The notes: generated by a model not told the origin, from the sequence alone. DNA of 64,000 bases from Candidatus Atabeyarchaeum deiterrae (GCA_037310415.1 CP147780.1:1728001-1792000); one strand, 5' to 3'; shown: positions 39,298 through 50,110, numbered from the stretch's first letter. Numbers and translations are program-made.

Positions 39298-39981
39298 TCA
39301 CGTTGAGAACTCTCTGATATATCCTTCTATGTACTTTCTCACTTTATCCTTTCCTCTGTAAACCCCGAAATGCCCTTCGCATAATGCGTCTGCATTTAGG
39401 TCTCTCTCCTTCTTCAGTGACTCCACGAACTGTCTTCTATCAGAACCAAGTTCCTCGAAAATGGGACCGTGAACATCTTGAGCGAAGATGACTCTCTCTC
39501 CTAGGATATCTATGTAGAGGCATATTCCGCCGGGAGTGTGTCCAGGTACATGGAGGACGTTCATATGATGCTTGCCAATTGCCAAGGTTTCGTTAGGTTT
39601 GGAGAGTTTCACGTCAACTTCCACTGGTTCGTACGTCACATTGTATAAGTCTGCTCCCGTTTCAACGCCTCCCTTTTCAATCGACTCGGAGTCAGGCGTG
39701 TGAGCATAAACCCTGAATTGTAGTAGTTTCTTTAGTCTCGCAGAGTTGCCAATATGATCTATGTGACAATGTGTGATGATGTGGTGAGTTACATCCATTG
39801 GATCAAAACCTGCGCTCTCGATGTTCTCCAAGATTCTCTCAGGGTCCGCGAGACCAGAATCTATTAACATGAGTTCGTCATTCCCACAGTCAATTAAGTA
39901 AACCATACAGTCGCCGCTACTCGAAATACCTTCTCCGCCAACACAATAAACATCGTTGGTCACTTTGAAGGGGCGAGCCAT
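39298..39981 (-). CDS. MBL-fold metallo-hydrolase
   Basis: THCHIDH, PGHTPG, CEGH; ATG after GGAGG. Confidence 0.92.
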   Translation of the reverse strand: MARPFKVTNDVYCVGGEGISSSGDCMVYLIDCGNDELMLIDSGLADPERILENIESAGFDPMDVTHHIITHCHIDHIGNSARLKKLLQFRVYAHTPDSESIEKGGVETGADLYNVTYEPVEVDVKLSKPNETLAIGKHHMNVLHVPGHTPGGICLYIDILGERVIFAQDVHGPIFEELGSDRRQFVESLKKERDLNADALCEGHFGVYRGKDKVRKYIEGYIREFST

Positions 39982-40073
39982 ATGCCTCCACACCTCACCA
40001 CCATTACATGTGCAAGGCGGTCTCCTCTCCACCTTTTTCGCATTTACTATTCTTAACTATTCTCTGCGCACGG

Positions 40074-40868
40074 CTAGCCTACAAGTAACTGTGTCAAGTA
40101 CATTGCAACTAGACCCATCGTTAAACCCACCAAGGGCAAGTGCCTGTGCTCCTTTGTGTACACTATCGGCGCGAGTTCGAAGACGACATATATTATGGCT
40201 CCAGCCGCGAGCGCAAAGAAGAACGCTGCCAACGCCACAGAGTAAAACGCCGCACCAATAACTGACCCCAGCACTGCAGGCGCTCCCGCTAGGGACCCCA
40301 TAAGGATCGGATCCCTCAATCTCAAGACCCCCTTTGGAAGGGGCGCAACTATGCCGAATCCCTCAGTTCCATTATGGAGGGCGAACCCCACGATGAGTAG
40401 ATAGCTCAAAGTGATTTGTCCTGCCGCGTATGCTGAGCCTATTGCCAGTCCTTCTCCCAGGTTATGCAGACCTATTCCTAGGGAAATCATGTACGCAAGG
40501 GAGATCCTGTTCTTCATCGTCGCCTTTTCTTCGTTTCTCTCAACTACTTCTACATGGTAGCCCTTATGAGGTCTTCGACCTCTCGCTCGGATCGCTTCAT
40601 ATAGCGTTAGGCCAAGCAACCCAACTATCAACCCTGACAACACGAGTATTGTCCCAAACGCCATGTCCAGTGATCCGGCCAGAGAGCCCGCCTCATGGAA
40701 GACATCGGCAAACAAGAAGATAAGAATGCCAAGAGCGAAGCTTATTAGAATTATTCTCGTAGAAGCTCCGGATTTCCTAATAGCTCCTAATGGAATTATG
40801 CCGAGGTAAACTGGAATGAGCGAAGCAATTACTCCTAGCAGAGCAGCATAGACCAAGTCAACACTCAT
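40074..40868 (-). CDS. ZIP-family (ZupT-like) metal transporter
   Basis: GLHNLGEGLAIG and ALHNGTEG. Confidence 0.93.
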   Translation of the reverse strand: MSVDLVYAALLGVIASLIPVYLGIIPLGAIRKSGASTRIILISFALGILIFLFADVFHEAGSLAGSLDMAFGTILVLSGLIVGLLGLTLYEAIRARGRRPHKGYHVEVVERNEEKATMKNRISLAYMISLGIGLHNLGEGLAIGSAYAAGQITLSYLLIVGFALHNGTEGFGIVAPLPKGVLRLRDPILMGSLAGAPAVLGSVIGAAFYSVALAAFFFALAAGAIIYVVFELAPIVYTKEHRHLPLVGLTMGLVAMYLTQLLVG

Positions 40869-41137
40869 AATCGATTAACGCCTCCAATTGACTTCCGTTG
40901 AATTCCTCTAGCGACAAGACCAATTCTCCCTTTGTTTCGTATACGCCATTGCTCTAGATAAAGTAGAGCATCAATGCTATTTATACGATAGAAGGAGACA
41001 GATCTTAGAAATCGCCCCAGCGTGCACGTGGATAAGGCTGACCACAGAGCACACTGACATTTAAATAGCTATATCACTGTTTTTGGTTCAACAATAACTC
41101 CTGGTGGGATAGATGGAATTAAGAGGGGAAACAAACC

Positions 41138-42322
41138 ATGAGTCTCCACGACGTGTTAGAACTAGTTGACAAGGTGTATTGGGTTGGTGTCAGAGACTGG
41201 AACAGAAGAATGTTCGACGCCCTAATTCCTCTGCCATATGGAACCACCTATAACGCTTACTTGGTGAAGGGCGGTACAAGATCGGCTTTAATCGACACTG
41301 TGAATCCCGGTTTCGAAAAGGAACTGGAAGCCAAGCTGCGTCAAGTCATGGATCCAGATGACTTGGATTTCCTTATTATGAACCACGCTGAACCAGATCA
41401 TGCTGGCGCAATACCCCATGTGCTTTCGCTAAGTGAGAAGACGCAGCTTGTAACAAGTGAAAAAGGAGCACAAATGGCCAAGATATACTACAAAACACCC
41501 GAGAGAAGAATACATGTCGTCAAGGACGGGGACACTTTAGATCTTGGCGGCAGGACACTGAGGTTCATCGAAGCTCCTTTTCTTCATTGGCCAGAAACGA
41601 TATTCACGTACTTGGTGGAAGACAGAATTCTGTTTCCATGCGACTTTTTCGGCGCGCATTCAGCTCACGGTGTATATGATGAGGATGTAGAAGACTTGGC
41701 GCTAATCGCCAAACGCTACTTCGGTGAAATAATGATGCCGTACAGAGGCATGGGAAAAAGAGGAGTGGACAAAGTGAAGAACCTCAACATCAAGATGATT
41801 GCACCGAGCCATGGCCCGATCTACAAGAATCCGAAGCGAATAATCGACCTCTACACCAAATGGACTAACGGTGAAACAAGTGAGAAGGTTGTAGTTCTTT
41901 ACGTTACAATGTGGAATGACGTCGAGAAAATGATACTACCCTTAGTAGAGAAGCTGCGCTCTGAAGGTGTTGAAGTCGTTGTTCACAACCTAGTTGTAGC
42001 AGACATTGCACGAATTGCTGAAGACTTAGTTGATTCCCGAGCCATCGTGCTTGGATCGCCGACGGTGCTTGGAGGAGCACACCCTCTTGCAGTATACGCG
42101 GCTTTCCTTGCCAAGGCTTTGAAGCCAGCGGCGAAATATGGAGCCCTCCTAACATCCTACGGCTGGGGAGGCGGAGCCCTTAAACAACTAGCAGAACTCC
42201 TGACTCCACTCAAACTCGAGGTGCTAGGAGCAATGGAAGTAAACGGTCCGCCATCAGAAGACGACCTGTCCAAAGTCATCGAACTGGGCAAAACTATTGC
42301 AAGCAAAGTCAAAGGAAACTAA
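41138..42322 (+). CDS. fprA: Flavodiiron protein (A-type flavoprotein)
   Basis: GTTYNAYL, NHAEPDH, HWPE, DFFG, PSHG, SYGWGG flavodoxin domain. Confidence 0.95.
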   Translation: MSLHDVLELVDKVYWVGVRDWNRRMFDALIPLPYGTTYNAYLVKGGTRSALIDTVNPGFEKELEAKLRQVMDPDDLDFLIMNHAEPDHAGAIPHVLSLSEKTQLVTSEKGAQMAKIYYKTPERRIHVVKDGDTLDLGGRTLRFIEAPFLHWPETIFTYLVEDRILFPCDFFGAHSAHGVYDEDVEDLALIAKRYFGEIMMPYRGMGKRGVDKVKNLNIKMIAPSHGPIYKNPKRIIDLYTKWTNGETSEKVVVLYVTMWNDVEKMILPLVEKLRSEGVEVVVHNLVVADIARIAEDLVDSRAIVLGSPTVLGGAHPLAVYAAFLAKALKPAAKYGALLTSYGWGGGALKQLAELLTPLKLEVLGAMEVNGPPSEDDLSKVIELGKTIASKVKGN

Positions 42323-42504
42323 TAATCGTCTTAAAAGAAGAGACCAGTCAAAACAGGACTAGGTACCTCTTCTTTTTCATTGACCACGGTATTATCAGCT
42401 TCTTAGGGATCTACCTAAATTGGATATTACTGCCAAAGCGATCGCCATATTGCTTAAGGTAAAGAGAGGGAAGACGAGAGGGTACCAAGTTGAGAGAGGA
42501 CAAC

Positions 42505-43443
42505 GTGAAGATCCATAACTACACGCCAGAACTGATCGAAAACTACTGCCGGTTTCTGAACATAGCTAGATCAGATCGCCCAGATCGTGAAGAAATACGT
42601 GTCGAAGATCTGCGCTCCTACTTCGCTCCTCCGCACTACGACTCAAAGGGACATTTCCTTGCCCTAATGGCAGAAGAGATCGTTGCAGACATCCTAGGCA
42701 CTAGGAACTTAGGATACGCAGTTCTACCACCTGATAGGATAAATCTCACCCTCAATGTGCTACCTCAGTACCGGAAAAAAGGCATTGGCGGAAGACTGGT
42801 CGATATTGCCATGAACTACTTTGGACCCAGAGGGGCGAAGATAGCAGTTGTCGATGACATTCATGCGAAATGCAGCGGAAGCATAAGCTTCTACAAGAAG
42901 AAGGGATTTAGAGAATCGACTAGGAGTTACTGGATGGAATGCAAACTCGTAGATAACAACAAGCTGCCATATTCGCTGCTGATACCGAACGGGTACAAAA
43001 TTAGGTCTCTTGATAGCCGGGAAGAACTGGAGCCTTTCATGAACGCCATTAACGAAGCCTTCTCAGACACTCCAGATTTTGTGCCACTGAGCAAGGAACG
43101 ATTCGAAGAGCGATACGTAAATACCCCATTCTTTAACTTGGAGGGTTTCGTTGTCGCCGTGGAAGAAGGGACAAGCAACATCATAGGGACATCCGCTAAT
43201 CTAATCGATATTGACAGGACAAGAGGTGACACCTTCGGCCACATAAAGGGAGTTGGAGTTAAGAAGGCACATCGAGAGAGGGGACTTGGCAAGTTGTTAA
43301 TGATACAAAGCCTGAATTGGCTTTCTTCACGCAAGATAGGCTTTGCGAGACTTGGAACCCAGAGTCCAAAGGCAATCAAAATGTACCGTTCGCTTGGTTT
43401 TGAGATCGTCCACGAATATATCCGTTTCGAGAAGGCTCTGTGA
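42505..43443 (+). CDS. Tandem GNAT acetyltransferase (MshD-like architecture)
   Basis: Two motif-A copies: YRKKGIG and HRERGLG. Confidence 0.9.
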   Translation: MKIHNYTPELIENYCRFLNIARSDRPDREEIRVEDLRSYFAPPHYDSKGHFLALMAEEIVADILGTRNLGYAVLPPDRINLTLNVLPQYRKKGIGGRLVDIAMNYFGPRGAKIAVVDDIHAKCSGSISFYKKKGFRESTRSYWMECKLVDNNKLPYSLLIPNGYKIRSLDSREELEPFMNAINEAFSDTPDFVPLSKERFEERYVNTPFFNLEGFVVAVEEGTSNIIGTSANLIDIDRTRGDTFGHIKGVGVKKAHRERGLGKLLMIQSLNWLSSRKIGFARLGTQSPKAIKMYRSLGFEIVHEYIRFEKAL

Positions 43444-43536
43444 GCGAGGACATAGAAGACTTTCCCGCTGAGCTGGTTTATCACCTCTCTTCTAATGTCG
43501 ATTACTCACATTCCACAATCGAGAGAAAAAGGGGGG

Positions 43537-44310
43537 CTAGATATTCTCCTTAACCGATTGTACCATACTTAGAAAGAGTTTTTCTCCCAACTCGGGGTCG
43601 CCTTGGATCATCCTCTTTGATTTGAAATGTTCCAGGCATTCACCGTTTAGCGTTCTCAGAATGCTAAACTTCTCTCCACCGAACTCTATGAATCCCCCTA
43701 ATCCAGCTACAGCTGGCCACCTTCTCAGAGCTTCCATGGGATCTTGGCTGGCCACTTCATTAAGCTCATTGAGCCTTTTCCTGTCCATTACCCCTAAGTA
43801 CGCAGCGACTGAGTGCTCAGCAATGTACGCGTGCTCCCCAGAGTAGCCAAGAGGAATCCTCGTTTCTGCCGAGATGAAGACATCTACCTGTACTCCAAGT
43901 TTCGCGGTGTAACTGTCAATCATGGCTAATAGCCTTGTATTTCCGCCATGACCGTTTAGGATAACGATCTTCTTTGGTTTTCGAGGAAGCTGTTTCAGGT
44001 AGAACTGAATGAACTTCAGAGTCTTGTCAGTGAACTCCTCGAATGGTATGTAATAAGGAGACCAGTACTTTGCTATATCCCCAGTCATGTCGGTTGAGAA
44101 TGGGATATGCGAGCAGTAACTAGCGCCCGTAGCGTTAGCCACTTTTATTGCGAGCTCCTTTGCCACTCTACTGTCAATATCCTTTGGCAGGGCAGGTCCA
44201 TGTGCTTCATAGTCATTTCCAATGCTAAACACAAGCGTCTCGGCCTCAGCTTCCTTGAAGGGACCATAGCCATTGATGTCCCTTAGAGTGACGCGAGAAG
44301 GTTCAGACAT
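43537..44310 (-). CDS. Creatininase-family protein, ArfB-like FAPy-nucleotide deformylase
   Basis: EAHGPALP.DID, NGHGGN, EHA..EHS, WP...LGG. Confidence 0.75.
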   Translation of the reverse strand: MSEPSRVTLRDINGYGPFKEAEAETLVFSIGNDYEAHGPALPKDIDSRVAKELAIKVANATGASYCSHIPFSTDMTGDIAKYWSPYYIPFEEFTDKTLKFIQFYLKQLPRKPKKIVILNGHGGNTRLLAMIDSYTAKLGVQVDVFISAETRIPLGYSGEHAYIAEHSVAAYLGVMDRKRLNELNEVASQDPMEALRRWPAVAGLGGFIEFGGEKFSILRTLNGECLEHFKSKRMIQGDPELGEKLFLSMVQSVKENI

Positions 44311-44510
44311 AACTAATTATCTCCCAAATCGCTTTACTTCCAAGTTAATTCTTGCTTTCGAGGATAATAAGGCAAGTGGAAATGGTCGCGCACGGATTGC
44401 TCAACGGATGATCTTTCTAGTGCCAGACCACGTAACAACAGGATATTGAGCCAGGAAGGTTGCAGTAGTGTTATCACCAGTTCGACTCGAAGTGGTTGAT
44501 ATACACTTTG

Positions 44511-44939
44511 CTACGGGTAGGTCAAGAAGCAAAGTAGGAATAGGACCGCTCCTACAGCCATCATGACTAACATGCTGCTAAGGTCGTGCTCTCGTTGTTC
44601 TATTCTGTTTTGGGCAAGCATGCGTCCGGTTTCGGGCGATGCGGCAGGGTTCATTCTTCCTACCATTCCACTGTCTGCGAATCCTCCCCCGATCAGCGCT
44701 CCTAATCCTATCCAGAGAGCTCCGGCCAAGAAGAGTGGAAAGCGCCAAGAATCCTTGTCAGTTGAGAATCCCAAGATGAAATATATGGTCGCTAAGCTCA
44801 TAAGAACGAGCGCTATTATCACTGCCAAGTACTTTCCGACTAGCTTTCCTTTGCTCCTACGTACAGCAACACTCGAACTGTATTCCTCACTTGCGGGCTC
44901 CTCTTTTGCCAGATCGACACTCCTTCGATTTGTCTCCAT
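44511..44939 (-). CDS. Small 3-TM membrane protein
   Basis: Three hydrophobic segments; GGTGA upstream of ATG. Confidence 0.7.
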   Translation of the reverse strand: METNRRSVDLAKEEPASEEYSSSVAVRRSKGKLVGKYLAVIIALVLMSLATIYFILGFSTDKDSWRFPLFLAGALWIGLGALIGGGFADSGMVGRMNPAASPETGRMLAQNRIEQREHDLSSMLVMMAVGAVLFLLCFLTYP

Positions 44940-45186
44940 CTAAGATCACCGGCTCCCCGTAACTGAAACTTCTTTATTTATGAATACTGCCGGGGATATA
45001 AAGTTACGCGTTCTCGGCAACAGTCAGTCTCCTAGCGTAGAAGAAAAAGAACAGGACCCGGTGAGATCGTGTAACATCGACCACGGAACTAAGAGATTTT
45101 ATTAGATAGTTTCGTGGGCAGAAAGTACGAGAAGGTTGCACCAGACGACCGAGAGAAGGGAAGGCGTTCTCTCAGAAATCCATGAG

Positions 45187-45384
45187 GTGAGTGTCATAAC
45201 GTTTGTCATTGTGCAAGAGGCTTGTCATGGATGCGGGTTATGCGAGAGCACGTGCCCTGAGATCTTTGAAGTCAGACAAGATGGGAAGTGCCACGTAAGA
45301 GAGTCATCCAGGGTTAACGCGGCTACATGCGCAGAAGAGGCAGCGATAATATGCCCAGCTTCTGCCATAATCAGAATAGAGTAG
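45187..45384 (+). CDS. Single-cluster ferredoxin (start uncertain)
   Basis: CHGCGLCESTCPEIF...CAEEAA..CPASAI. Confidence 0.85.
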   Translation: MSVITFVIVQEACHGCGLCESTCPEIFEVRQDGKCHVRESSRVNAATCAEEAAIICPASAIIRIE

Positions 45385-45553
45385 TGGATCTCAATCTGAC
45401 TTGTCACTCTTCACATCTAGTGCAAACAGATGGTTCTCCAACCTATTGTGGCTCCGCCAAAGAAAAACCGTGGTCGAAGTGCTTTGTCTGAAAAATGGTC
45501 TGTTCTTGCGGAGATGAATAGCTATTAATCCCTCCTGAGACACAGCTCTTCTC

Positions 45554-46714
45554 GTGGTCTCGGAGGTTCCTCTGGTATTGCACAAGGAACAGTATGATGT
45601 TATCGTAGTTGGCGCTGGTCCCGCTGGGAGTGCCGCATCATTTTCCTGCGCCAAGGCCAATCTTAGAACGCTTCTTATCGAGTCACAGCCTCTGCCACAA
45701 GAGAAGTTGTGCGCAGGTGGCGTGAATCCCTGGGTCATACAGGAACTGGGCATTCCTGAGAGATTGATCGAAAGAACCATTCAACAAGTCCAGGTCGTGG
45801 CAGGTTCGAAGAAGATCCCAACAATCCCCTGGCCAAGCGAAATGGCCTATCGCATGGCAATGAGAAAGGATCTAAGCCATTTCCTTGCGGACAGAGCCAG
45901 CAAGATGGGAGTGACAGTCATAGACAGTAGGCGAGTACTCTCCGTTCTGAAGCTTCGTGACGGAACTATTTGCGGTGTCAAAACTTCTGGCGGAGATATC
46001 AACGCAAAGATTGTAATCGGATGCGACGGTGCTTCTAGTACTGTCGCTAGAACGTCAGGTCTGTGGGAGAAGTGGTGGGGTCCCAAAGTATTGAGCGGTT
46101 GGCTTAGACATCAAGCATTCTGCTTGGAAACCCAAATGCACATGGATCCCAAGATCATAGAAAAAAGAGTGGGCAACACAATGACACTCTTCTTTGAGAA
46201 GGAATTCCCTGGTTACTGCTGGATCTTTCCGAAACGCAGGGTCCTGACGGTTGGTGTGCTGTCATTATCGAGCTCCGTGAACAAAGAAGAGCTAAGGGGA
46301 CAGTTAGAGAAGCTCGTTCATATCCACACTTTGGCATCAGAGTTGCTCAAAGGGGGGCAGATGGAACCAATAAGGGGAGCATACTTGCCAATTCGCGGAC
46401 CACTTACTCCTTCTTATGATGATGGATTGATGCTTGCAGGTGACAGTGCTGCCCATGTCGGCGCAATATGGGGTGAAGGAATCTACTTTGCTGTAAAGGC
46501 TGGAATCGCTGCAGGAGAGACAGCAGTGCAGGCAATACACAATGGCGATGTGTCCAGAGAATCACTCAAGATTTATGAGGAGCGCTGGAAAATGGAAATA
46601 GGAGAGAACCTTGAAACCCAATCCAAGATCCTCAATGACGCTCCAACGCCTCTTCAGGCAACAATAGCGTTCGCAGAATACATTGTTAAGAACAAAAGCA
46701 AGCTATACCTATGA
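45554..46714 (+). CDS. Geranylgeranyl reductase family flavoprotein
   Basis: GAGPAG, KLCAGG, GCDG, PGYCWIFP, AGDSA, GEGI. Confidence 0.92.
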   Translation: MVSEVPLVLHKEQYDVIVVGAGPAGSAASFSCAKANLRTLLIESQPLPQEKLCAGGVNPWVIQELGIPERLIERTIQQVQVVAGSKKIPTIPWPSEMAYRMAMRKDLSHFLADRASKMGVTVIDSRRVLSVLKLRDGTICGVKTSGGDINAKIVIGCDGASSTVARTSGLWEKWWGPKVLSGWLRHQAFCLETQMHMDPKIIEKRVGNTMTLFFEKEFPGYCWIFPKRRVLTVGVLSLSSSVNKEELRGQLEKLVHIHTLASELLKGGQMEPIRGAYLPIRGPLTPSYDDGLMLAGDSAAHVGAIWGEGIYFAVKAGIAAGETAVQAIHNGDVSRESLKIYEERWKMEIGENLETQSKILNDAPTPLQATIAFAEYIVKNKSKLYL

Positions 46715-46786
46715 CAGATCACCAAATTCGTGACTCGAGGGAACTTCCTGCGAGATAGTATTATTAGAAAACCAGGAGTTGTTTGC

Positions 46787-47314
46787 ATGAGATCACTCAA
46801 TCAAATTGGGAAAGACGAAATAAAAGACTATTTGGGTAAAGGCTGGCTTACTCACGACGGAATGTGGTTCTACAGTACCTACAAAGAACTCGGCATAGAT
46901 CTCGCAAATAAGTTGAACAAAGAAGCAGTCAAATCAATGTCCAGTATCGAAGCAGAAAGAACAAGGAGAATATTTGGCGTCAGCAATGGGATCGAATCAT
47001 TTGAAGAAATGGCTGAGTTCCTGCAGAAGGCACTAGAAATAGTATTGCCCAGTTCGGTTTTTGGCAGAATTCATCTCAGTGTACCTTCCAAGAACACGGT
47101 TCATTGGGAATGGGAGGACAAAGAATGTTTCGCATACAAGGGCATGGATAGACTCGGGGTAGCAGACCAATACAAGTGTGCAGTCATTTGCAGAATTGAA
47201 TGCTGGCTCGACGCGCTCGGAATAAGACACACCGTAGATCCGAAGATTGAGGGGTGTTTGATGGCTGAAAAAGGTCATTGTTCTGGTGATCTAGTTTTCT
47301 GCTTCAAGACATGA
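46787..47314 (+). CDS. DUF6125-like protein (V4R/H-NOX-related fold, inferred)
   Basis: WLTHDGMWF...G.D.A.KLN; four spaced Cys. Confidence 0.75.
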   Translation: MRSLNQIGKDEIKDYLGKGWLTHDGMWFYSTYKELGIDLANKLNKEAVKSMSSIEAERTRRIFGVSNGIESFEEMAEFLQKALEIVLPSSVFGRIHLSVPSKNTVHWEWEDKECFAYKGMDRLGVADQYKCAVICRIECWLDALGIRHTVDPKIEGCLMAEKGHCSGDLVFCFKT

Positions 47315-47351
47315 ACTCAACTCACATCAAAGACAGATAGAAGGAAACTGA

Positions 47352-48104
47352 TCACTGCTTGGATAGCGTCCACACTGTGTCAAATATCTCTTCAAGCATT
47401 CTAGCTATCTGAGGCGAGTTCATGTACACTTTACCAACATGAACCCTCGGAGTGATCTTGTGCGGCGCTTCGTGCGGTTCAAGGTACAACCAGCTTTGGG
47501 TATCAGTAATGGCGACATGCGAGAAATCCTTCAATATAGGCGGTAGAATCAATGGAGGCTTCTCAAGCAGAGCCCGTTCAACTAGCTCAATATGGCCGAT
47601 CTCCGAGAAAAACTCGACTATGTTTTTGGACATGAATCCTCGTGCAGCCAAGACCGTTACATCTACGTCGCGCTGAGACGCCCGCACCAATACGTCTTCG
47701 AATTGTTTTCCCCAAACTGGGTCTTCTAAGCTAGAGTACCCTATCGTGGTGATTTTCAGCGTCTTCTTGGAAGCGTCTATGAATTGAATCAGTGCCTTCG
47801 CCCATGAGTTCTCGTCAGCGTAGTCATCGATCTCGATTCTCTCTCCATGAACCGTCTTCGAGGCTTCTTTGAGCCATTTGTTGAGTTCATCAATCTTCCA
47901 AAGCACAATCACGCCATGCTCCGAAATTGCTCCGTTCGAGGACAATCCCGCCTCCTCAAGTTGTCCAACGGTTCTCCTAAACTCTGGCGAATCAACCTTT
48001 CTGTTAGAGGAGAGTTTCCTCAAACAACTGATCACTCTTGGATCAAAGAGGCTTGTTAAGCGCTGAGAAGTTGATTTCGTTTTACGAACCACTACAATCG
48101 CCAC
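47352..48104 (-). CDS. Putative TrmB-like regulator (wHTH plus PLD-like effector domain)
   Basis: LEEAGL...ISEHG N-terminal wHTH-like; RASQRDVDVTVL, HVAITD, FDTVW. Confidence 0.6.
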   Translation of the reverse strand: MAIVVVRKTKSTSQRLTSLFDPRVISCLRKLSSNRKVDSPEFRRTVGQLEEAGLSSNGAISEHGVIVLWKIDELNKWLKEASKTVHGERIEIDDYADENSWAKALIQFIDASKKTLKITTIGYSSLEDPVWGKQFEDVLVRASQRDVDVTVLAARGFMSKNIVEFFSEIGHIELVERALLEKPPLILPPILKDFSHVAITDTQSWLYLEPHEAPHKITPRVHVGKVYMNSPQIARMLEEIFDTVWTLSKQ

Positions 48105-48323
48105 CCCGAATACTTTGCGACATGACCCTCTTATATGATATGATGAGAGAGTGCAAGGCTAATCTCTAATTGGTCTTCGGAAATAAAGTTAACGCAATCT
48201 CCGCCGCGGCATTTGATAATAAGAGGCAACTGCTCATCCCAAAATGAGGCAAGAATATAAATATGTCAGGGACTTTCCCCTAATGAATAATATGCGAGGC
48301 TGAGCTGGAGGGTAAACCGGAAA

Positions 48324-48866
48324 ATGGTTAGAGAGATGACTGAAACAAACCTTCGAAGCGCATATGGGGGCGAGAGCCAAGCGCACATGAGATACAACAC
48401 CTTTGCCGAAAGAGCGAAAGACAAGTTTCCCAATGTGTCAAGGCTGTTCACGGCAGTAGCCGTTGCCGAGAAGATTCACGCTAACAACCATTACAGAAAC
48501 ATAAAGAGCAAAGGCGCAGCAACAGTCGTGTCTGGAGCACTCTTTGGAGCTACCAATACATCTGAGGATCTGCAAGCGGGAATAGACGGCGAGACTTTTG
48601 AGATCAACGAAATGTATCCAGCCTATAGAGCAGTGGCTCAATTCCAAGGAGAGAAAGGCGCCGACCTTACCTTCAGATATTCTGAAGAAGCTGAGAAGAT
48701 GCATCTCACCTTATATCAGAAGGCAAAACAAGCTGTCGACAAAGGCAAAGACGTCGTTCTTGGAAAGATACAAGTGTGCCTGGTGTGTGGGTACACAGCT
48801 GAAGGCGAGGCCCCTGACAAGTGCCCCGTGTGTGGAGCGACGAAAGACAAGTTCAAAGCTTTCTAG
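48324..48866 (+). CDS. rbr: Rubrerythrin
   Basis: GESQA, AEKIH, GETFE..EMY, AEKMH, CLVCG...CPVCG. Confidence 0.96.
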   Translation: MVREMTETNLRSAYGGESQAHMRYNTFAERAKDKFPNVSRLFTAVAVAEKIHANNHYRNIKSKGAATVVSGALFGATNTSEDLQAGIDGETFEINEMYPAYRAVAQFQGEKGADLTFRYSEEAEKMHLTLYQKAKQAVDKGKDVVLGKIQVCLVCGYTAEGEAPDKCPVCGATKDKFKAF

Positions 48867-48903
48867 AACCGAGAGCTGAGGAATCTGCAACCCATGTGCA
48901 TGT

Positions 48904-48932
48904 AGGAGTTCAGGCGTAACCCGTGAACTCCT
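48904..48932 (+). terminator. 9-bp hairpin followed by T-rich tract after rubrerythrin
   Basis: AGGAGTTCA-N11-TGAACTCCT then CATTCTTTTGTTT. Confidence 0.45.
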
Positions 48933-49065
48933 CATCATTCTTTTGTTTGGATCCTGATGATGGAGCATTCCTATTTGTAACGTTACTTCATCCAGAAATG
49001 TTTAACTGTGATCATGAGTCATTGAGCTTGAGTTCTTTCTCTCAGCTCAAAGAGGGGTGACTGGA

Positions 49066-49845
49066 ATGACGTTGATCGGTAAGGAAACCACAGAGAACAT
49101 TGGTATAATAACTTTCAATAATCCTAGGAAAAGAAACGCGCTTAGTGCACAACTTATGGAAGAAATGGTGCAAGCATTCCAAGAGTTCCAAAGCCAGAAA
49201 GTGCGGGTAGTCATATTGAGAGCAACAGAGGAAGACAAAGTATGGTCTTCTGGATACGACGTCACAGAGCTGCCAAGATCTCGCCGAGATCCTCTGGGTT
49301 ATTTCGATCCGATTGAGAGAACGCTGCGCGCGATTCAAGAATATCCTGGTCCGGTCATCGCAATGGTTCATGGTAGCGTCTGGGGAGGCGCATGCGACCT
49401 TGTAATGACGTGCGACATCGTAGTAGGAGATGAAACTTGCTCTTTTGCGATCACTCCCGCGAGAATCGGACTACCCTACAATGTGACCGGCATTCTGCAC
49501 TTTATGAACAGACTGAGATTGAATGCTGCAAAAGAGATGTTCTTCACCGCGGATCCAGTCATGGCTGAAAGAGCCGACCAGCTAGGAATAATAAACCACC
49601 TCGTTCCTTCAAACAAGTTGGCGGACTTCACGATTCAATTGGCAAAACGTATCGCGTCGCATTCTGCTCTGGCGATATCAGTTATCAAAGAGCAATTCAG
49701 AATACTGTCTGGAGCTTATCCCATTCCCCCTGAGGCGTTTGAGCGCATCCAAGGTCTAAGGAGACAAGTGTACGACAGTCATGACTATGAGGAGGGCATT
49801 CGCGCTTTTCTGGAGAAGAGAGCCCCGTACTTTACGGGAGAATAG
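49066..49845 (+). CDS. scpB: Methylmalonyl-CoA decarboxylase (crotonase fold)
   Basis: RDPL.Y.DP, GSVWGGA, LPYN, FERIQG.RR.VYDS.DY.EG..AFLEKR closely follow E. coli ScpB/YgfG as recalled. Confidence 0.88.
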   Translation: MTLIGKETTENIGIITFNNPRKRNALSAQLMEEMVQAFQEFQSQKVRVVILRATEEDKVWSSGYDVTELPRSRRDPLGYFDPIERTLRAIQEYPGPVIAMVHGSVWGGACDLVMTCDIVVGDETCSFAITPARIGLPYNVTGILHFMNRLRLNAAKEMFFTADPVMAERADQLGIINHLVPSNKLADFTIQLAKRIASHSALAISVIKEQFRILSGAYPIPPEAFERIQGLRRQVYDSHDYEEGIRAFLEKRAPYFTGE

Positions 49846-49864
49846 GCTGTACCAAACAAGCATC

Positions 49865-50110
49865 CATTTCACAATGATCGTAGTCGGAGCACCATACTAA
49901 GAAGCAGTCCTTTGGAGAGAGGACTATGGGGGTGGAAGTCCGTAAGGCGCGTCTTCAACCTCAGGTGGGAACAGCGATCACACTCCAAACAAAGCCAACT
50001 TAGCTGCTGCCAAGGCGCTTGGAAAAAGAGTTGCAGAAATCGCCAAGAGAGTATCACGGAGATGGGATGAAATCAAACTGCCAGAACATCTGAGCATTGT
50101 GCATCGTTGA
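49865..50110 (+). pseudogene. 3' fragment of a WrbA-type flavodoxin-like NAD(P)H:quinone oxidoreductase
   Basis: HFTMIVVGAPY*EAVL...GGGSP*GASS...PNKANLAAAKALGKRVAEIAK; in-frame TAA at 49898 and 49943; no 5' half. Confidence 0.85.
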
